Source: the human T2T-CHM13v2.0 reference genome, Homo sapiens | Length of the DNA stretch: 64,000 nt | Assembly: GCF_009914755.1 (NCBI RefSeq) | Contig: NC_060947.1 | Direction: 5' to 3' (one strand) | Part shown: in pieces, positions 1 through 24,545 of the stretch | How the letters are laid out: every line of letters begins with the position of its first letter | Numbering within the stretch: the first letter of the stretch is position 1 | Translations under genes and position numbers: made by a program | The notes under the pieces: model-generated | What the model saw: only the letters and a program-made list of their open reading frames with translations | What the model was told of the DNA's origin: nothing | Databases searched by the model: none

Positions 1-220
1 TCTTTCCTCTGATCTCAATCCCTCCAATCTATTACCAAGTTGTTGCCAGTCGTCACTGGCTGTCCAGTGCTTATTGGACAAAGTCAAAAGACACAGTTTT
101 GCCCTGTTAGTCTCCCCATTCACCTCTTTGACCTCATCTCTTTCCACTGTCCCCATCTCTCCCCTCTGCTTTTACTTTGATTTAGCAATCCCTAAATCTT
201 CTTAGATTCCTGTGAAGACC

Positions 221-621
<401 letters not shown>

Positions 622-1414
622 CTATACACCCTTAGAAACCCAGACAACACATCACCTCACCAAGTAACCTGTTCTGTCTCTCCTTAGAGTTAATTTCACC
701 TTCTGTGCTACATCTATATCTGGTGTGTATTTTTATTGTAATGAATTATATACTTTGTACTTCTCAAGAACCTGGGACCATTTGAGACAAAAGACAGCGT
801 CTTATTTTCCATGACTCATGCTCCAGCCCAGTAAAGTCCTAGGACAGAAGTTGAAAGGCAGGGATCCCTAGGCCCAGGTCTCTAAGTCCCTAGATCTGGC
901 TTATGATATGTTTTCTTCTACGTACACAATTGTTTATTCATGACCTCATCAACATTTGAAAGGGGTATTTCATGCAAAATAAAAGTCTGTTAACAACATG
1001 AAGATTTGGCAGTACTGGCTGTGCATTCCTGAATGGCTACAGTTGGCTAGAGCTGAATAACCAGTTAGAGAGACTTGGAGTTCTGGGCTTTTAAACACTT
1101 ATCTTTATGTTGTTTTTTGTGGTTCAATAATTTACCCAAGATTACCTGAGTCAATGGGTAGCTTCTCTAGACTTCTACCTTGTCCTTATGTAAGTTAGAT
1201 CAAATTTTACTCGTTAAGGAAATTACTGGATAGGCCAGACACAAGAAATAATCTGCTCAAGTAGCTAGTAGGACAAGGCAAGCATACAAATGGGGTGTGA
1301 TTTTATTCCTTCTGATATGGAGGGATCTCTCAAAAACATTGTTTTTTGAAATATGAATCACAATCCACTTAGGTAAGAAATATTCATTCAGAATCTCTGG
1401 AGGAGTGGGCATCA

Positions 1415-1680
1415 CTCAAGATTCAGTCAGCAAAAAAGAAACTACACTAGGTATTTCAAACAGAAAATATTTAATGTAGAATATCAGGTACTTAAAAGAA
1501 TCAGAAAGGTTAAAGAAGTAAAATCCAGGAGACTTACGCAGATAAGGTCATCTGGCAGTTGGAAGCTTTTTCATCCTCGTCTATGTTCTCTCCTTTGTTG
1601 CAGAAGCTGGAATCCTGTGAATTACATTTCCTAAACTTCTTGCCAGCAGGATTCTGAATATGGTTTAGGTATCACCAATG
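1415..1680. mobile_element. Old ERVL-type LTR fragments (LTR33/LTR16-like)
   Basis: ATTCAGTCAGCAAAAAAGAAACTACACTAGGTATTTCAAACAG resembles the reverse complement of the LTR33 3' end as recalled; boundaries approximate. Confidence 0.4.
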
Positions 1681-2900
1681 CTATGTATTTGTATGATATT
1701 TTTTAAATAGAAAGGAAATAAAAACTGTTCTTTATGTGGAATCTGGCAGATATAAAACAAATTTTTTTTCAGACCCTAGCATTCTTCTGTAAGTCTTGTA
1801 CTCAAAGGCTTTGGAGGATCTGTGAGATTAGCAATGGTTTTCTGCAGTTCCCTGACCTCTGTCTGACAGTAACAACTATATCAGTCAACAAATATATATT
1901 AAATTATGGAATTACTTTGTCCTTCTTAGGATCCACGGAAAATTCTGTCTCTGCCACTTTAACAGTAAAAAGAAGTGGTAGGATAATGCACAAAATAAAA
2001 TAAAATTATTAGTTAATTTTCTCCCCATCCTTCAACTGCATTTGGTGACATGCCATAACATGAAAATGCCACCAAACCTCAGTCATGCACTGTGACAATA
2101 AGCACACACTTCCCTTTCCCTCCTCTTATACTTATCATTGCTCTCAATGACAGTAATGTTATTAAGTGAATGCCAATGTAATTTATCTCACAGGAAAGAG
2201 GAGGTGGAATATAGCACAGAGTAGCAATTAAGGAAAGCCTGCTATGGGCCAGACGTTTCCTAGAATTTCCCAGTCTTCTCACAAAAGTGATGTTATATTG
2301 GGCTCATTAATTCCATTTAAAAACGCAAAACTCAGTCTCATGAGTGTAAATAACTTCTCCATGGTTCTTTACTTATTGATTAAAATGGTCTGTTTATATC
2401 ATTGACCCACAGGGAGGAGACTGTATTAATTGAAATGAATTTCAACTACCAATCCCCCAAATCATAGAAAGGAAACAAGGGTGGGATTAGGGGAGGGAAG
2501 TTGCGTGTAAGGTAGGGGTAGAGGTGCTAAAAAGAAATGAGAGAATATTTTTGCATATGTGAGAAATCAGCAAAAAACAAAAAGCATACCAGTGGTCATT
2601 TCACTATATTTGCAGTGAAATATAATATACCTCATTTGGAATAATATGGGGAAATTGAAAAGCCATTATCAACAAACACAATACATTTAAAGGCATCAGA
2701 AAATGGGAGAAATAATCCAAACAGAATTTAATAGCATATAAGTAATATGACTGACATAGGCATGAATCTGACTAGGTATAATAGTAATGTTTAATTTTAT
2801 TAACAAATGATTCAAAAGTGAGAAGCAATGGCAAACATCCAAAGTTGTTTAACAATACTAAAATTAAAGACAAATAAAAAGATACATTGAGATATACAAA

Positions 2901-2992
2901 TAATCACCTCCCAAAGGCACTACCACTTAACACTATTACATTGACAATTAAGTTTCAACATATGAATTTTGGGGAACATTCAGACAATAGCA
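2901..2992 (-). mobile_element. MaLR LTR 5' fragment (MST/MLT1A-like)
   Basis: TAATCACCTCCCAAAGGC...AAGTTTCAACATATGAATTTTGGGG...CAGACAATAGCA matches the reverse complement of a MaLR LTR start. Confidence 0.65.
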
Positions 2993-4129
2993 GTATGTAT
3001 AATGTGACTCAATTTTGAACAAAAATGTATTTGCACATATGAACATATAGCCTTGGAATTATATATAAACACACATAAAATATATCTGGAAAGTATATAT
3101 GAAAATACTATGAGTAGATAGCCTGTGGTAAGTCAGGCTTAAGATGAAACTATATGCTAATTAATGCATATATTTCCCCATTGTTTCAGGATTAATAGTG
3201 ATAGATAAAATTACAATAGTACAGGATGTACCTGGTAGGGAATGGAAGTTATAGAAATTTATCTTTATTGATATGAAATGTTGTCAAATATATATACATA
3301 CATATATTTAAATGAAAAAGAAGTTATACAGAACTTTTATAAAAATAGATCTGTGTATGCCTAATGTATTTGTCTCATAGTGTACACTTTCATATATTCT
3401 CATTCTTGTTCTCTGCTCCCTACCCTCATCACAGACACACGCACATGTTGTCAGCCTAGAGAGGGTCTGAAGGAAATATCCTAGCATGTGATTTCGTATC
3501 CAGATCTATGCCAGAATCACTCTTAATGTTTCCTTTCTATGTAAACATCTAGAAAGTTCCAGAACATTCTCACTGTTTGACTTTAACCATAGGGAAGTGT
3601 CTTCCTTTAACCTAAGCTTCTTTATAATTGGTTAAAGGAAGAATGTAGTTAGACATTGGTCACTTAATCATTCTGTGGAGTATGGAGTCGGTGAACGATT
3701 TCATCACTCCATTTTCCTTTGTTTCATGTGCCTTTCTGATCTCTGATTTTTATATTTTATGTTATTCATCCTCTTTATATCGCCATGCAGGTCTTGCTTT
3801 AAAAGGCATCAACTTTCCTTCCAGGTGGTGTCTAGAGTTGTTCTTTTGGATAAAAACTGTTCCCCGCATTCAAGTGACAATGAAGATAAATAAAAGTAAT
3901 TTGACATGTAATAGTGTATATTAGATTTTTAAAATTTAAGACTGATCCTAAACCTAGCTAATAATCATCTTCTGGATGTAAAGAACATCAGAATAAATGT
4001 CATTGTAGCCAATTTTTTTGTTATTGATAAAGGGTGTATTTCAGGTAGGCATTCTGAAAGAATTTAAGACAATTATAGAATGTGAAATTTTGTGCTAAGG
4101 GAAGAGGCTGAGAATTTAGCTTGATGATA

Positions 4130-4174
4130 TGTGTGTGTGTGTGTGTGTGCATGTGTGTGTGTGTGTGTGTGTGT
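4130..4174. repeat. (TG)n microsatellite, interrupted once
   Basis: Seen directly. Confidence 0.95.
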
Positions 4175-5032
4175 ACTTAAACCAAATCTAGGTGTTTGAA
4201 CTCTTCTTCAACAGAGCCACTCACCACAAGTCTTTTCTTCAGGAAAGAATGATTTTAAAATAACTCTATTCCAGGAGTGTTTGGGTGAGGGTCTGAACAT
4301 TTTTACCGGGCCTCGTATTCCAAAACTACTCAAAAGCACCACAGTATACTTAACTAATTATAACAGTTGGCATTTACTGAGTCCTGAGTATGATAAGAGA
4401 GAGAGTGGCCTACTTTAGGTGCTGCAAAGACTGATGGCTCTGATTATGGGATACACATCTGCTGACTCTCACTTTAGTGCTCAATCCAATAGACCTACTC
4501 CCCTGAGTATTGTGTCTTTTCAGCCTCCAGGGATAGCACAGAAATGAGGTTCCAAGAAGGGAAAACCTTGCAACTTTATAGCAAGTTTATATAGTAATGA
4601 TTCTGATAGTCCTTCCCCAAAGGGACCTATGACCATTTACTTAGCTAACTGTACACTGAGGGAAATTATTTATACATTTTTTAGGCCTTTGGACATAGGG
4701 TTCTAGCTGACCCTATGCCAACTAGATGCCTGAAGACCTGAAGCATCATCATGGCCCTCTATTGGAGGCCCTCACTGTGTTTCTACTGAGTCTGCTCAGG
4801 TCCGGTTCACTGTCATTCTAATGAACCCACAGACTAATCTGCTTGTCGTTTCCCTGATCCACAAATATATAATTAGAATGGATATACATGACAGATGATA
4901 GAATCTCCACATTTGTTCCTTAGCCTGTGAGGAGAAAGCTATCATTCTGGGGAAATTCAGTAGTAGCAGCTTCAGAGCTGCTACTATTCCAGCCAGTACA
5001 ATAAATAAAACAACCATAAAAAATCCTGTGTG

Positions 5033-5360
5033 GGCCAGGTGTGGTGGCTCATGCCTGTAATCCCAACACTTTGGGAGGCTAAGGTGGGCAGATCACCTAA
5101 GGTCAGGAGTTCAAGACCAGCCTGGCCAACATGGGGAAACCCCGTCTCTACTAAAAATACCAAAAAACAAACAAACAAAAAAAAACCGAGTGTGGTGGCA
5201 CACACCTCTAGCCCCAGCTACTCAGGAGGATGAGGCAGGAGAATCGCTTGAACTAGGGAGCTGGAGGTTGCAGTGTGTGGAGTTTGCACCACTGCACTCC
5301 AGCCTGAGTGACAGAGTGAGACTCCATGTCAAAAATAAATACATAAGTAAATAAGTAAAT
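5033..5360 (+). mobile_element. Alu SINE, AluS (Sx/Sz-like), inserted in ERVL
   Basis: GATCACCTAAGGTCAGGAGTTCAAGACCAGCCTGGCCAAC; TSD AAAAATCCTGTG (5019-5030/5361-5372). Confidence 0.95.
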
Positions 5361-6472
5361 AAAAATCCTGTGGGGAGTGGCAGAAATTTGTGCCACTCTT
5401 AATGAATTAAATGATGTAAGGGTAGTGATGTCTATCATTTTCCCATTTAATTCACTAGTCCAGAGAGATTATATAGAGGAGGAGAGTGAACTACCATAAA
5501 CACAAACAAGTATTAGCCCCGATGCAACTACTGTACTGGATGTGGTATTTTTGTCAGAACAGATGAACATGGTTTTAGGTACATTGTGTGTGGCCGCTAA
5601 TCTAGCAATGAATTATTTCCCATTACTGTCATGAAGAATGACCAAGTGCAGTTCACGTTCACATGCTTTGAAAAACAGAATCAATTTAGGGCTTTGCCCC
5701 AGAGATATGGTAACACTGCCACTGTTATAACGTAGTCTGAAGAGATATGGACTGTGTGGACATTCTGCAGAACATTGCTTTGATCCACTATATCGATAAC
5801 ACCACATCAATTGGATCAAATGAGAAAGAATTGGCAGGTACATTGAAGTCATCAGTAAAACACATGTGCTTCATAGGGTGAGGAATAAAATCATTGCAGA
5901 TTCATGTCAGTAGAGTTTCTAGGGGTCCAGTGGTTTTGGGCATATTGGCACAATCCTACAGAAACACTACACACATTGTAGTATTTTGTGTTGTCCACCA
6001 ATAAGTAGAAAACACCACACCTGATATACTGCTTCAGATTGCGGAGGCAATATATTCTAACTTGGGAATACTGCACTGATCCACTTACTGAGTGGCATGC
6101 AAGACTACCAACTTTGACTGGGGCTGAAAGCAGGAAAAGACTCTAAAGCAGGTCCAAGTTGGAGTGCAAGTAGCCCTGCTTCTTGGGCCATATGACCCAA
6201 CAGATCTTATACTATTAGAAGTGCATTTGGAGGAAATAGATTCCATGTGGAATTTATGGCAAGCTTCAACAGGAGACTTACAAATAATCTCTGATGTTCT
6301 GAATCAGGGCCATGCTATCTGCAGTGAAGAATTAGCATTCAAAAAAGATTCCCTGTCATGTTATTAGGCCTTAAAATACACAGAGCACCTGATTCTTCAA
6401 CATCAAGTGAACATATAGCCAGAATTTCCCATCATAAACTGGATACTGTCAGACTCACAAGATCATAAACTT

Positions 6473-9121
<2,649 letters not shown>

Positions 9122-10099
9122 ATTGGTAGTGGTACGGCTGTGATTGGGCATAGGCAGGTCCAGAAAGCACAGTGAAACGATTGGAGAGGGGATCCAGACT
9201 TCCAATTTATCAACACTGTTGCATCAGAGCCTCAGGTCTCAGCTCACATTTACGGCCATGGGAGATCCCTTATGACTAGCTGATGGAGAAGGAAAATGAC
9301 AGAGCCTGATTCATGGAGGGGTTGGCTCAATATGCGGGTACAAGCTGAAAATGGAATGCTGCTGCACTAAGCCTCACTCAAAGGTAACTGAAAGACATCC
9401 ATTTTAAGGGCAAAGCTTCCCAATATGCATAGGGAATACCAGGGCAGAGCATCTGGTAATTTATCTTGGTTCAAGGAGAATTGGCTGGAGGTAGGTATAT
9501 ATATATACTCACAGGCAGTGGAAAATGACTTGTCAGGTTGGTCAGCGTCCTGGAAGGAGAAATATTTGAATATCAAATACAGTAAAGTCTGGGGAGAAGG
9601 CAGGCATGTGGATGGACTAATGGGAATAGGCAGAAAGTGAAAATCTTTGTATTGCCCATTAATGTCCACTAGAGAGCATCTACCACAGAAAAGATACTAA
9701 ACACTTAAGTAGACAGGATAACCCAGCCAGTTACCTTCAGCCAGTCTCTATTAGCAGTCTATTATGGTGCTAGCAAAATGGGTACCTGAAGGGAGTAACC
9801 CCTAATGACAATGATGAATACTATGCATGGGGCCAACAGCATGGGTTTCCCGAATCCATTTTTCTATCAAGTGATCCCACTATTATGCTGTGTCCCTCTG
9901 TACCATCTTTTGGAACTCAATGGGAAATTTTCTCCTAAATCACACTATATGATAAAATCGGTGATTAGGAAAATACATGAAATAAAAGAAAATGATAAAA
10001 TTATTCTTTTCTTCTTTACTAATTCCATAAGGTAATTCATCCTATAACCACTGAATATTGAAAATAATGTGATAAGTCTCTTTCCCTTCCCCCCCCGCC

Positions 10100-10103
<4 letters not shown>

Positions 10104-10156
<53 letters not shown>
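10104..10156. repeat. Perfect (CA)n microsatellite, about 26 units
   Basis: Seen directly. Confidence 0.97.
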
Positions 10157-10157
<1 letters not shown>

Positions 10158-10727
10158 CTTTCCTTGAAAAATGAGATACTACTTATCAAGGAACAAATTC
10201 AGTACTTTGGCTGCTGGAGGGGCCACTGGACTGAATTCAGGAAACCTCTCTGGGTTCCAGTGAGAGATCTAACCCAGTAACTCTGCAACAACCTTGTGTA
10301 AATCCCTTCACCTCTCATTTTTAGCTTACCTGTCAGCCTGAATTTTATCTATCCTGCTTCTCGAATATCCAGAATTGTGCAGGAGAATAATGTGAGGATT
10401 AGATAAATTACTTTATTTAAACATCTTCTGGGTCATCACATTGAGGCATGATGGCATCAAAAGGCACACTGGGGCTAATTACTAGCAAGAGCAGAAGTCT
10501 TGGATTCAGTAGCCCTAGGTACCGGTTCCAGCTTTATGGTAAGGATGTGGAAGTGGTTTAAAGCACCCTGAATTAAAGTTATTGGTTATCATTTTACTAC
10601 AAAATAGAATCCAGTTTAACATAGTATGCAATGAGAGTCCACCCAAGTACCCATCAAACCAAAGTGTCCATTGCCTTAAAGGACCAGTTCCCCTCCTAGG
10701 TTATATATGATGTCTTCTTTCTCATAA

Positions 10728-11303
<576 letters not shown>

Positions 11304-11921
11304 CACATTTTCCATTTCTAGAACCCATATGATTTATAGAACACTTGCAATGTCTCTCAATAGCTCTTTTTCTATTAATATGTCTTCACATTAGACATTC
11401 AAATATATAATACAGATGACTTATCAAGTCAATTCTCATATTTTTGTTGATCTTACCTTAGGTTCTTTTCAATAATGACTAATGCTAAAGGCAATAACAT
11501 TGAATATAATGTCATAGGAATATGAGTTACAATATAATTTTTTCTATACAGTGACTGTGTTACCCAAGATTTCATCTGGTGAATAGAAATGATAACACTC
11601 CGGATCATAGTTATGCTGAAGGAAATAATTGGGTAATTTGTGTCAAGGAGCAAGCATAGTACCTGGCACACAGCAGTCATGGAGTTCCTGGGGTTCCCAG
11701 AGTACAAGGACCATGTAAACTTTCTTCAATCCTTCCCAAAACCAGTGAGCACATATTTGGTGATAACAGCAACAATAACAACAACAAAAAACAGTTTTTA
11801 AAGTTCCTTCTTAATGTAGAAAAAGATGAAAAAACAAGTTTAAAACAATATCACTTGTTGATATTTGTTGTGAAAAGTTGGTAGGATAAAATGAAGGAAG
11901 TTAATAGGATAAAAAAGAAGC

Positions 11922-12025
11922 ATGGGGTTGATAGGTGCAGCAAACTACCGTGGCACATGTATACCTATGTAACAAATCTTCACGTTCTGCACATGTATGC
12001 CAGAACTTAAAGTAAAATAAAAAAA
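11922..12025 (+). mobile_element. Short L1PA8-like 3' end
   Basis: GGGTTGATAGGTGCAGCAAAC...CAGAACTTAAAGTAAAATAAAAAAA. Confidence 0.85.
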
Positions 12026-12071
12026 TGGAAAGCTGGTGATTTTAAATCATGTTCACAAAATTTTTGACAGT

Positions 12072-12680
12072 TGCTATGGTCTGAATGTTTGTGTCCCTCT
12101 CAAATTCATATGTTGAAATCAATTTCCCAATGTGTTAATATTAAGAGGCGAGGTCTTTGGGAAATGACTAGGTCATAAGGGCAGAGGCCTTGTGAATAGG
12201 ATTAGTTTCCTTATAAAAGAAGCCTGCAAGAGCTTGTTTGCCCCTTTTGCCCTTCTGGCATGTGAGGGTACAGCTAAAGGGAGTCATCTTTGTAGCAGGG
12301 AGCAGGCACTCACTAGACATCAAATCTGCTGGCAACTTGATCTTGGACTTCTCAGGCTCCAGAACTGTGAGCCATAAATTTCTCTTGTTTATTGATTACC
12401 CAGTCTAGGGTATTTTGTTATAGCAACCCGAATGGACTAAGACAGAAACTGGTACCAAGAAGTGGATTGCTGCTGCAACTAGTATCTAAAAATATAGAAG
12501 TGGCTTTGGAACTAGGTAATGGGTAGAAGCTGAAAGAATTTGGAGGCACATGCTAGAAGAAGACTACATTGCCATGAGTGGAGCATTAAGAGTGATGCTG
12601 GTGAAGGCTCAGAAGAAGAGGAGTGCTGTAGAGAAAGCTTCAGTCTTCTTAGAGATTACCTAAGTGGTCATAAGCAGATG
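12072..12680 (+). mobile_element. MaLR LTR (MLT1A/MSTD-like, 12072-12444) plus start of internal sequence
   Basis: TGCTATGGTCTGAATG...GGACTAAGACA, followed directly by GAAACTGGTACC...GTGGCTTTGGAACTAGGTAATGGG, typical of the MaLR-int start. Confidence 0.85.
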
Positions 12681-14614
12681 CCAAAGGTGTTAACTGCTTA
12701 CACCCAGAGCCGACCAGTTGCACTTCAACAGTCCTAGGAACTGCCCAGACCACCCATTTTCCAGCCTAGGGTCTATATGGGTCTATTCAGATTACTGCAC
12801 CAGAGGGAGGGTACTGGACTAAACAAAATGCATTAAACTTCCTCTATCTCCACTAATCTTCATTCTCCTTCTGGTTGGCTGGTAGGATTACAAATTATGA
12901 TATATTCAGCTAACATACATTGAGAATTTAAGTGTCAGGAACAATACCACTTAAGATATGTGCACTCCTTCTTTTATTCTTTCCAACACTTTTATGTTGT
13001 GTGTACTTTTATTTTTATTTCATAGATGAGGAAATAAGTTCTTAGGGAAAACACATAACTATGGTTAATTATCATGCAAACAACAATAAGTTAAACTCAG
13101 GCTTTCATTAAATATATCTATATATTAGATCTCTTTATGAACTTGCCATTTTGTTCCTTAAACATTCATTATCATGTTTCTAGCCATAAAATGGGCACTT
13201 CTCACTTACGACTCTAGATATAGGATACCCAAATATAATATCACCTTCCACTTAATGACACCTTCCCATTTTACTACCTCTTTTCTATTTTGGCATAAAT
13301 TATGCCAGATTGATGCCTGGATTTAAGGAAGATAACAGAATGGGGATCAATAAAATCCAGAACCTCCCCCACCCCAAAAGTTTATTCCATATGCCACAAA
13401 AAGGCATTCTGCCAAAGTCTGCCGTCATTCTCCTTTATAATGGTTTTTAAGTTTAGTTAACTAACTGTAGGTTCTTAACAGGGAATAGAGATCTCTGCAA
13501 CTGATCCCACACTTACAACTGTGTAGATCTTCCAATGAAGAATAAAAGATCTGAAATTAGTATTCAGAGCCAATATTATTAAGTAGGATACCAGCTCTGG
13601 CTCCAACCCATCACAGTGATGTTGAATGAGGAGCCACTACAGGATTCAAGATGACAATATCCATGAATCTCATCATAATAAACAAACACCCTGAGCATAC
13701 CAGGGACTATATGCCAAAAGCCTGAAAATGTTGTAGAGCATTTATTCTGGTTATGCTTGTCCTGGCCAAGACTTAATTTAGTTCATGGTTTGGATGTGGA
13801 CTTTGCCACTTCTGCTCAATGCCAAAGTCCTTGGGCTTCTTTTCCTCCTTCTTGTTTGGAGTATTCAATTAGTTCACAGTTTTTCTATAAGAAGTGACTC
13901 TGTAACTGCTAGGGCAAAAGACAAATCTCTGGACACTTTCATAATAACTTTTCAAAGGTACTTTACCTCAAGGTCTTAAAGGTAGCTCCAGACTCACATC
14001 AGGAGCCCTGACCTCCCACCACACTAGGTTCTTTACAGTTAACATCCACAAGCAGTAATGAACAACACAGGCCAACAATCATCACCTCAAGAATGATGAC
14101 CTCAGACCGTCAATCCAACTTTTCCAAGATGATGACCTCTGCCAAAGAGACCAACTCTTTCCAAATGATGATCTCAGCACAACTGACAGTCCCAGCATTA
14201 ACAATGATACCCTAGGATGTCCTGCCCCCAAAATTCCATGCCCAAACCCACCAAACAAAGATTTTGATCTCCTCCTTGCTTCCAAAAACAACCCCTGGCT
14301 CTTCCACTCCACCTGTAAACCAACCTGGATCCCCTATAATTTCCCCAACTGCTCTTTCTTATTTCTCACCTCCTGCCTTATACCCCAAGTTTCAATCTAT
14401 GCAGATATTTGTTTCCTACCTACCAGATGCCAACACCACCATGGTTACTGTGAACTGCTTAACTAAAGATCCCACCCATCCTGCTTATATATGCCTTTGT
14501 GATTTCATATACTTCTTATTTATGCAATGTTAAGGATACCTTACAAAGAAGTAAAGCTTATTGGCAGGTCCTTACTTGCCTAGACCATACCTAAACCCTG
14601 TTGAATGACACCAT

Positions 14615-14700
14615 GGAGAGATCTCACAAATACAATCCCACTGGGGATTACTGTTTAAACATATTAATTTTGAGGGGACACAAACATGCAGCCCACAACA
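14615..14700 (-). mobile_element. MLT1-like LTR 5' fragment
   Basis: Reverse complement reads TGTTGTGGGCTGCATGTTTGTGTCCCCTCAAAATT. Confidence 0.55.
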
Positions 14701-15542
14701 ACCTCTCTCATTTAGCCTCCCCACAGAAAGAAGCACCAACCTATCTTTTTCTATCATATTGGACCTTATGACCATCTCTGGTATAACAGGAACACATTTA
14801 GTTATTTTCAATTCTGTAACACAGACTGAATTCATAAGGCCACTCAGACATTGTCACAGTCCTGGCAGACCATATACAGTAAGCATCTTAAGCCTTAGAA
14901 GCCCTTAATGAGGCACAAAGCCCTCTAGTTGCTGTGGTAGCTGACAAAAGATTAGCATTGGACTACCTACTGCCATGTCAAGGTAAAGTTTCTGCCTTAA
15001 AGAGGACCTCCTGCTGCATGTAGGTTAATAAGACAGAACAAGTCTCCAGAATATTTAAACAAATAGAACAAACCAAAATAATTAATAATACTACAAGAGT
15101 ACTCTAAGAGATTCTCCAGACCCCAGTTGATACCTTCTCTTGGCCGTCTCCTGCATGCAGTGACTGGCTCTGCCCTATCTTTCAGGGAGCTATAATAGTT
15201 GCTGGTCAAATTATTGTGAATTGACTTTGCAAATTTGATCTCTCTCAGACAAAGTATATGTCTATTTACAGGAAACCTGAGCAGTTGCTGTGCTTACTCA
15301 GATTTAGGCATAATTGAGAAGACCACAGGAAAAAAAATCTTGTATCCCCACTGATACTTGACTGAGTGTCAGCAACCCCTAAGCCACATTCCTACTGTGT
15401 CTTTTGCCTTCCTTTAGCATTAGTATCCTGATAACCGTCACTCTGCCCCCACACACATACCACAAGCTAATGCACCCTCTTGATTCCTCTTTTAAACTTT
15501 TTGCTGGCAACTTCCTCTTTTATAAAGTGCCTGTGTACTTGC

Positions 15543-15545
<3 letters not shown>

Positions 15546-15591
<46 letters not shown>
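15546..15591. repeat. (CT)n microsatellite
   Basis: Seen directly. Confidence 0.95.
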
Positions 15592-16179
15592 CCTCCTCAC
15601 CTGCCCCTAGGCTCTCTCCCAGAGGGCTAACCTTTCATCCTCTTGCCTTGAGATTTCCCTGCCTGTGTAAGTAATACATCTTCCTTTGATCATACCAAAG
15701 GATGACTGTTACAAGTTTCGATATCAGAAACAAATATTTTCAGGCCGGGAGATTTCCAGTGTCCCAGTACAGTTGCTATACCAAGAGGGTTTATTCACCA
15801 TCCATCACAACAAAAGCGATTGGGATAGGTCATCCTTCCTCCAATTGGTCTGAGTCTGCTTAGGTGAGCTGATGCATGTGCCCAGCTGAATAATTCCATA
15901 GGCTTCTGCTTCCATCTACTATATTCAGGCTCCTTTCTATGTCATTCAGTGTGACAATGTTGAAAAGAGAGACCACTATAATTCCATGTACACACTCATT
16001 TAAGCAATAGAGGAAGAGGATGAATAAGGGGAGATAAGAACCCTGACACATAATGAATGAATATGTATATTCTGGAAAATCTGTCTTTTTTGGAGGGAAA
16101 AACCAAATAAGGGGAAAATTCCATCTTTTTGGAGTGAACAGCCAAAACAGGAGAAAGGCTTTGCTTTGATTTAAGCAAA

Positions 16180-16330
16180 TTTATCCACTCATTCAATACG
16201 TATTTACTAAATACCTACTATGTTCCAGGAGTTGTACTAGATACTGTAAATAAAAAGATGAATAAGAGGGCATAGTCCCTGACCTCTGAAAGCTTACAAT
16301 TTGATGAAGTATACAGACAAGTAATCAAGC
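16180..16330 (-). mobile_element. L2 3' end fragment
   Basis: CATTCAATACGTATTTACTAAATACCTACTATGTTCCAGG...GTCCCTGACCTCTGAAAGCTTACA is the L2 tail pattern. Confidence 0.7.
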
Positions 16331-16456
16331 TTACAGCACATGTAAGAAGTGTTACTGGAGGGATGGGGGCTGTAGTCTGCTGTAGGTTGAAGAAGGAATT
16401 GAAGGTGAAAAACTGCAGAAATATAAGAGATAAGAAAGAATATAAGAAATAATTCT

Positions 16457-22931
<6,475 letters not shown>

Positions 22932-24146
22932 AAGAAATAGTTCTTTAAAAATATTTAATTATTGAAACAGTGACCAAAGAATCTCCATATTGTTTATTGA
23001 CTGCAATGAAAAACCAGTAAATAGTGAAATTTCAGAGACCCTAGGAGGAGAGGGAACAATTTATTCAGCAAAGTCCTGAAGTCATAGGAGGAGTGGGGAG
23101 TTCTAATGAGGTGGATATTACAGTGGAGTTTTCAGCCAATGGAGAGTTCAAAGGAAAGGAAGTATTTTGGATATAGCAGTATAAGAGACCGGAAGAGCTA
23201 ACCTCATGTGCAGAGATGACAGATATGTAGGATTTTGTTTTGAATGGGGAAATCTCCCATTCCACTAGGCTTCTAGGGAAGATTGTAGAAATAAATGCAG
23301 ATAAAGATATGGTTGTTTGGGTGGGAGGAGAAAGCTCAGGGAATCCTATCTTCTGGTATCTGTTTTCTTTGTCAAGTAGGAGATGAGGTCATTTGATAAC
23401 AGCCGAGGACTCAAGGACAACAGTAAATGTTTGAAATAACTCCTGGGATAAAGAGGATAAAGGGAAGAGAGACCCATAGAAGCATTATATAATTATTACA
23501 CAGCAATTTAATTAAAAAGTACCAAAATTATTCCCACTTTTTTTTAGATATGGAAACTGAGAAATCAACTTGCCTGTGGCTCTACAGCTAAGTGACACTA
23601 TTAGGTGATGGAGCCAGGAGTCCTAGGCAGGTATCTAAATGTTGCAGCTCCAAAATCACTGTGCAACTGTGTCTTTTTTACCTGCCTTTAATGGGAACTA
23701 CAAAAAGACAGCATAATGTAGCACACATAGTGCTCTATTTACAACTTTTTGTTAAGAAGATCCATTATTAATAAAGGCATACAATTTTAGTGCTAAAATA
23801 GATGGTAGCAATACTTTTTGTCACTCATTTTATAGGACAAGGCAAGTGAGATTACTAGAGGAAAGGTGACTAGCTCAACAACAGATAGTTAATTATCGGC
23901 AGAACTAAGAATCTAATCCATGTCATTCTGACTGCAAAATCTCACTACCACCCTTGAAGTACTAATTCTTTTGGCTTACCACAGGATATGAAAGTCAACC
24001 AATAGTAACTTCCTTTGAAATAAGGTTTTGTGTTAAGCCATCTGTCTTCATCACTCATTTGCATAAAGAGAAGGCCTATTATAAAATTTATTAGCTAAGC
24101 CATTAGTTAATGGGACACAGGACAAGTAATTTTTAATGAGAGGTAG

Positions 24147-24545
24147 TGATATGGTTTGCATTTGTGTCCCCACCCAAATTTCACATTCAATTGTAATCCC
24201 TAATGTTGGAGGTGGAGCCTGGTAGGAGGTGATTGGATTATGGGGACAGTTCTCATGAATGGTTTAGCACCAACCCTCCTTGGTACTGTATAGTGAGTGA
24301 GCTCTCATGAGATCTGGTTGTTTAACAATGTGTGGCACCTGCCCCTCTCTCTCTTCCTCTTGCTCTGTCCATGTAAGACATGCCTGCTTCTCTTTCACCT
24401 TTTTCCATGATTCTAAGTTTCTTGAGGCCTCTCCAGCCATGCTTCCTCTACAGTCTGTGGAACATGAGCCAATTAAACCTCTTTTCTTTATAAATTACAC
24501 AGTCTCAGGCATTTCTTTACAGCCAGGTGAAAACAGACTAATACA
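24147..24545 (+). mobile_element. MSTA-like solo LTR
   Basis: TGATATGGTTTG...ACAGACTAATACA; 5-bp TSD GGTAG/GGGAG. Confidence 0.9.

Noticed and set aside
14090-14190. C/D snoRNA suggested by ATGATGA boxes
   Set aside because: The boxes recur as part of a tandem unit; no terminal stem or recognisable guide sequence.
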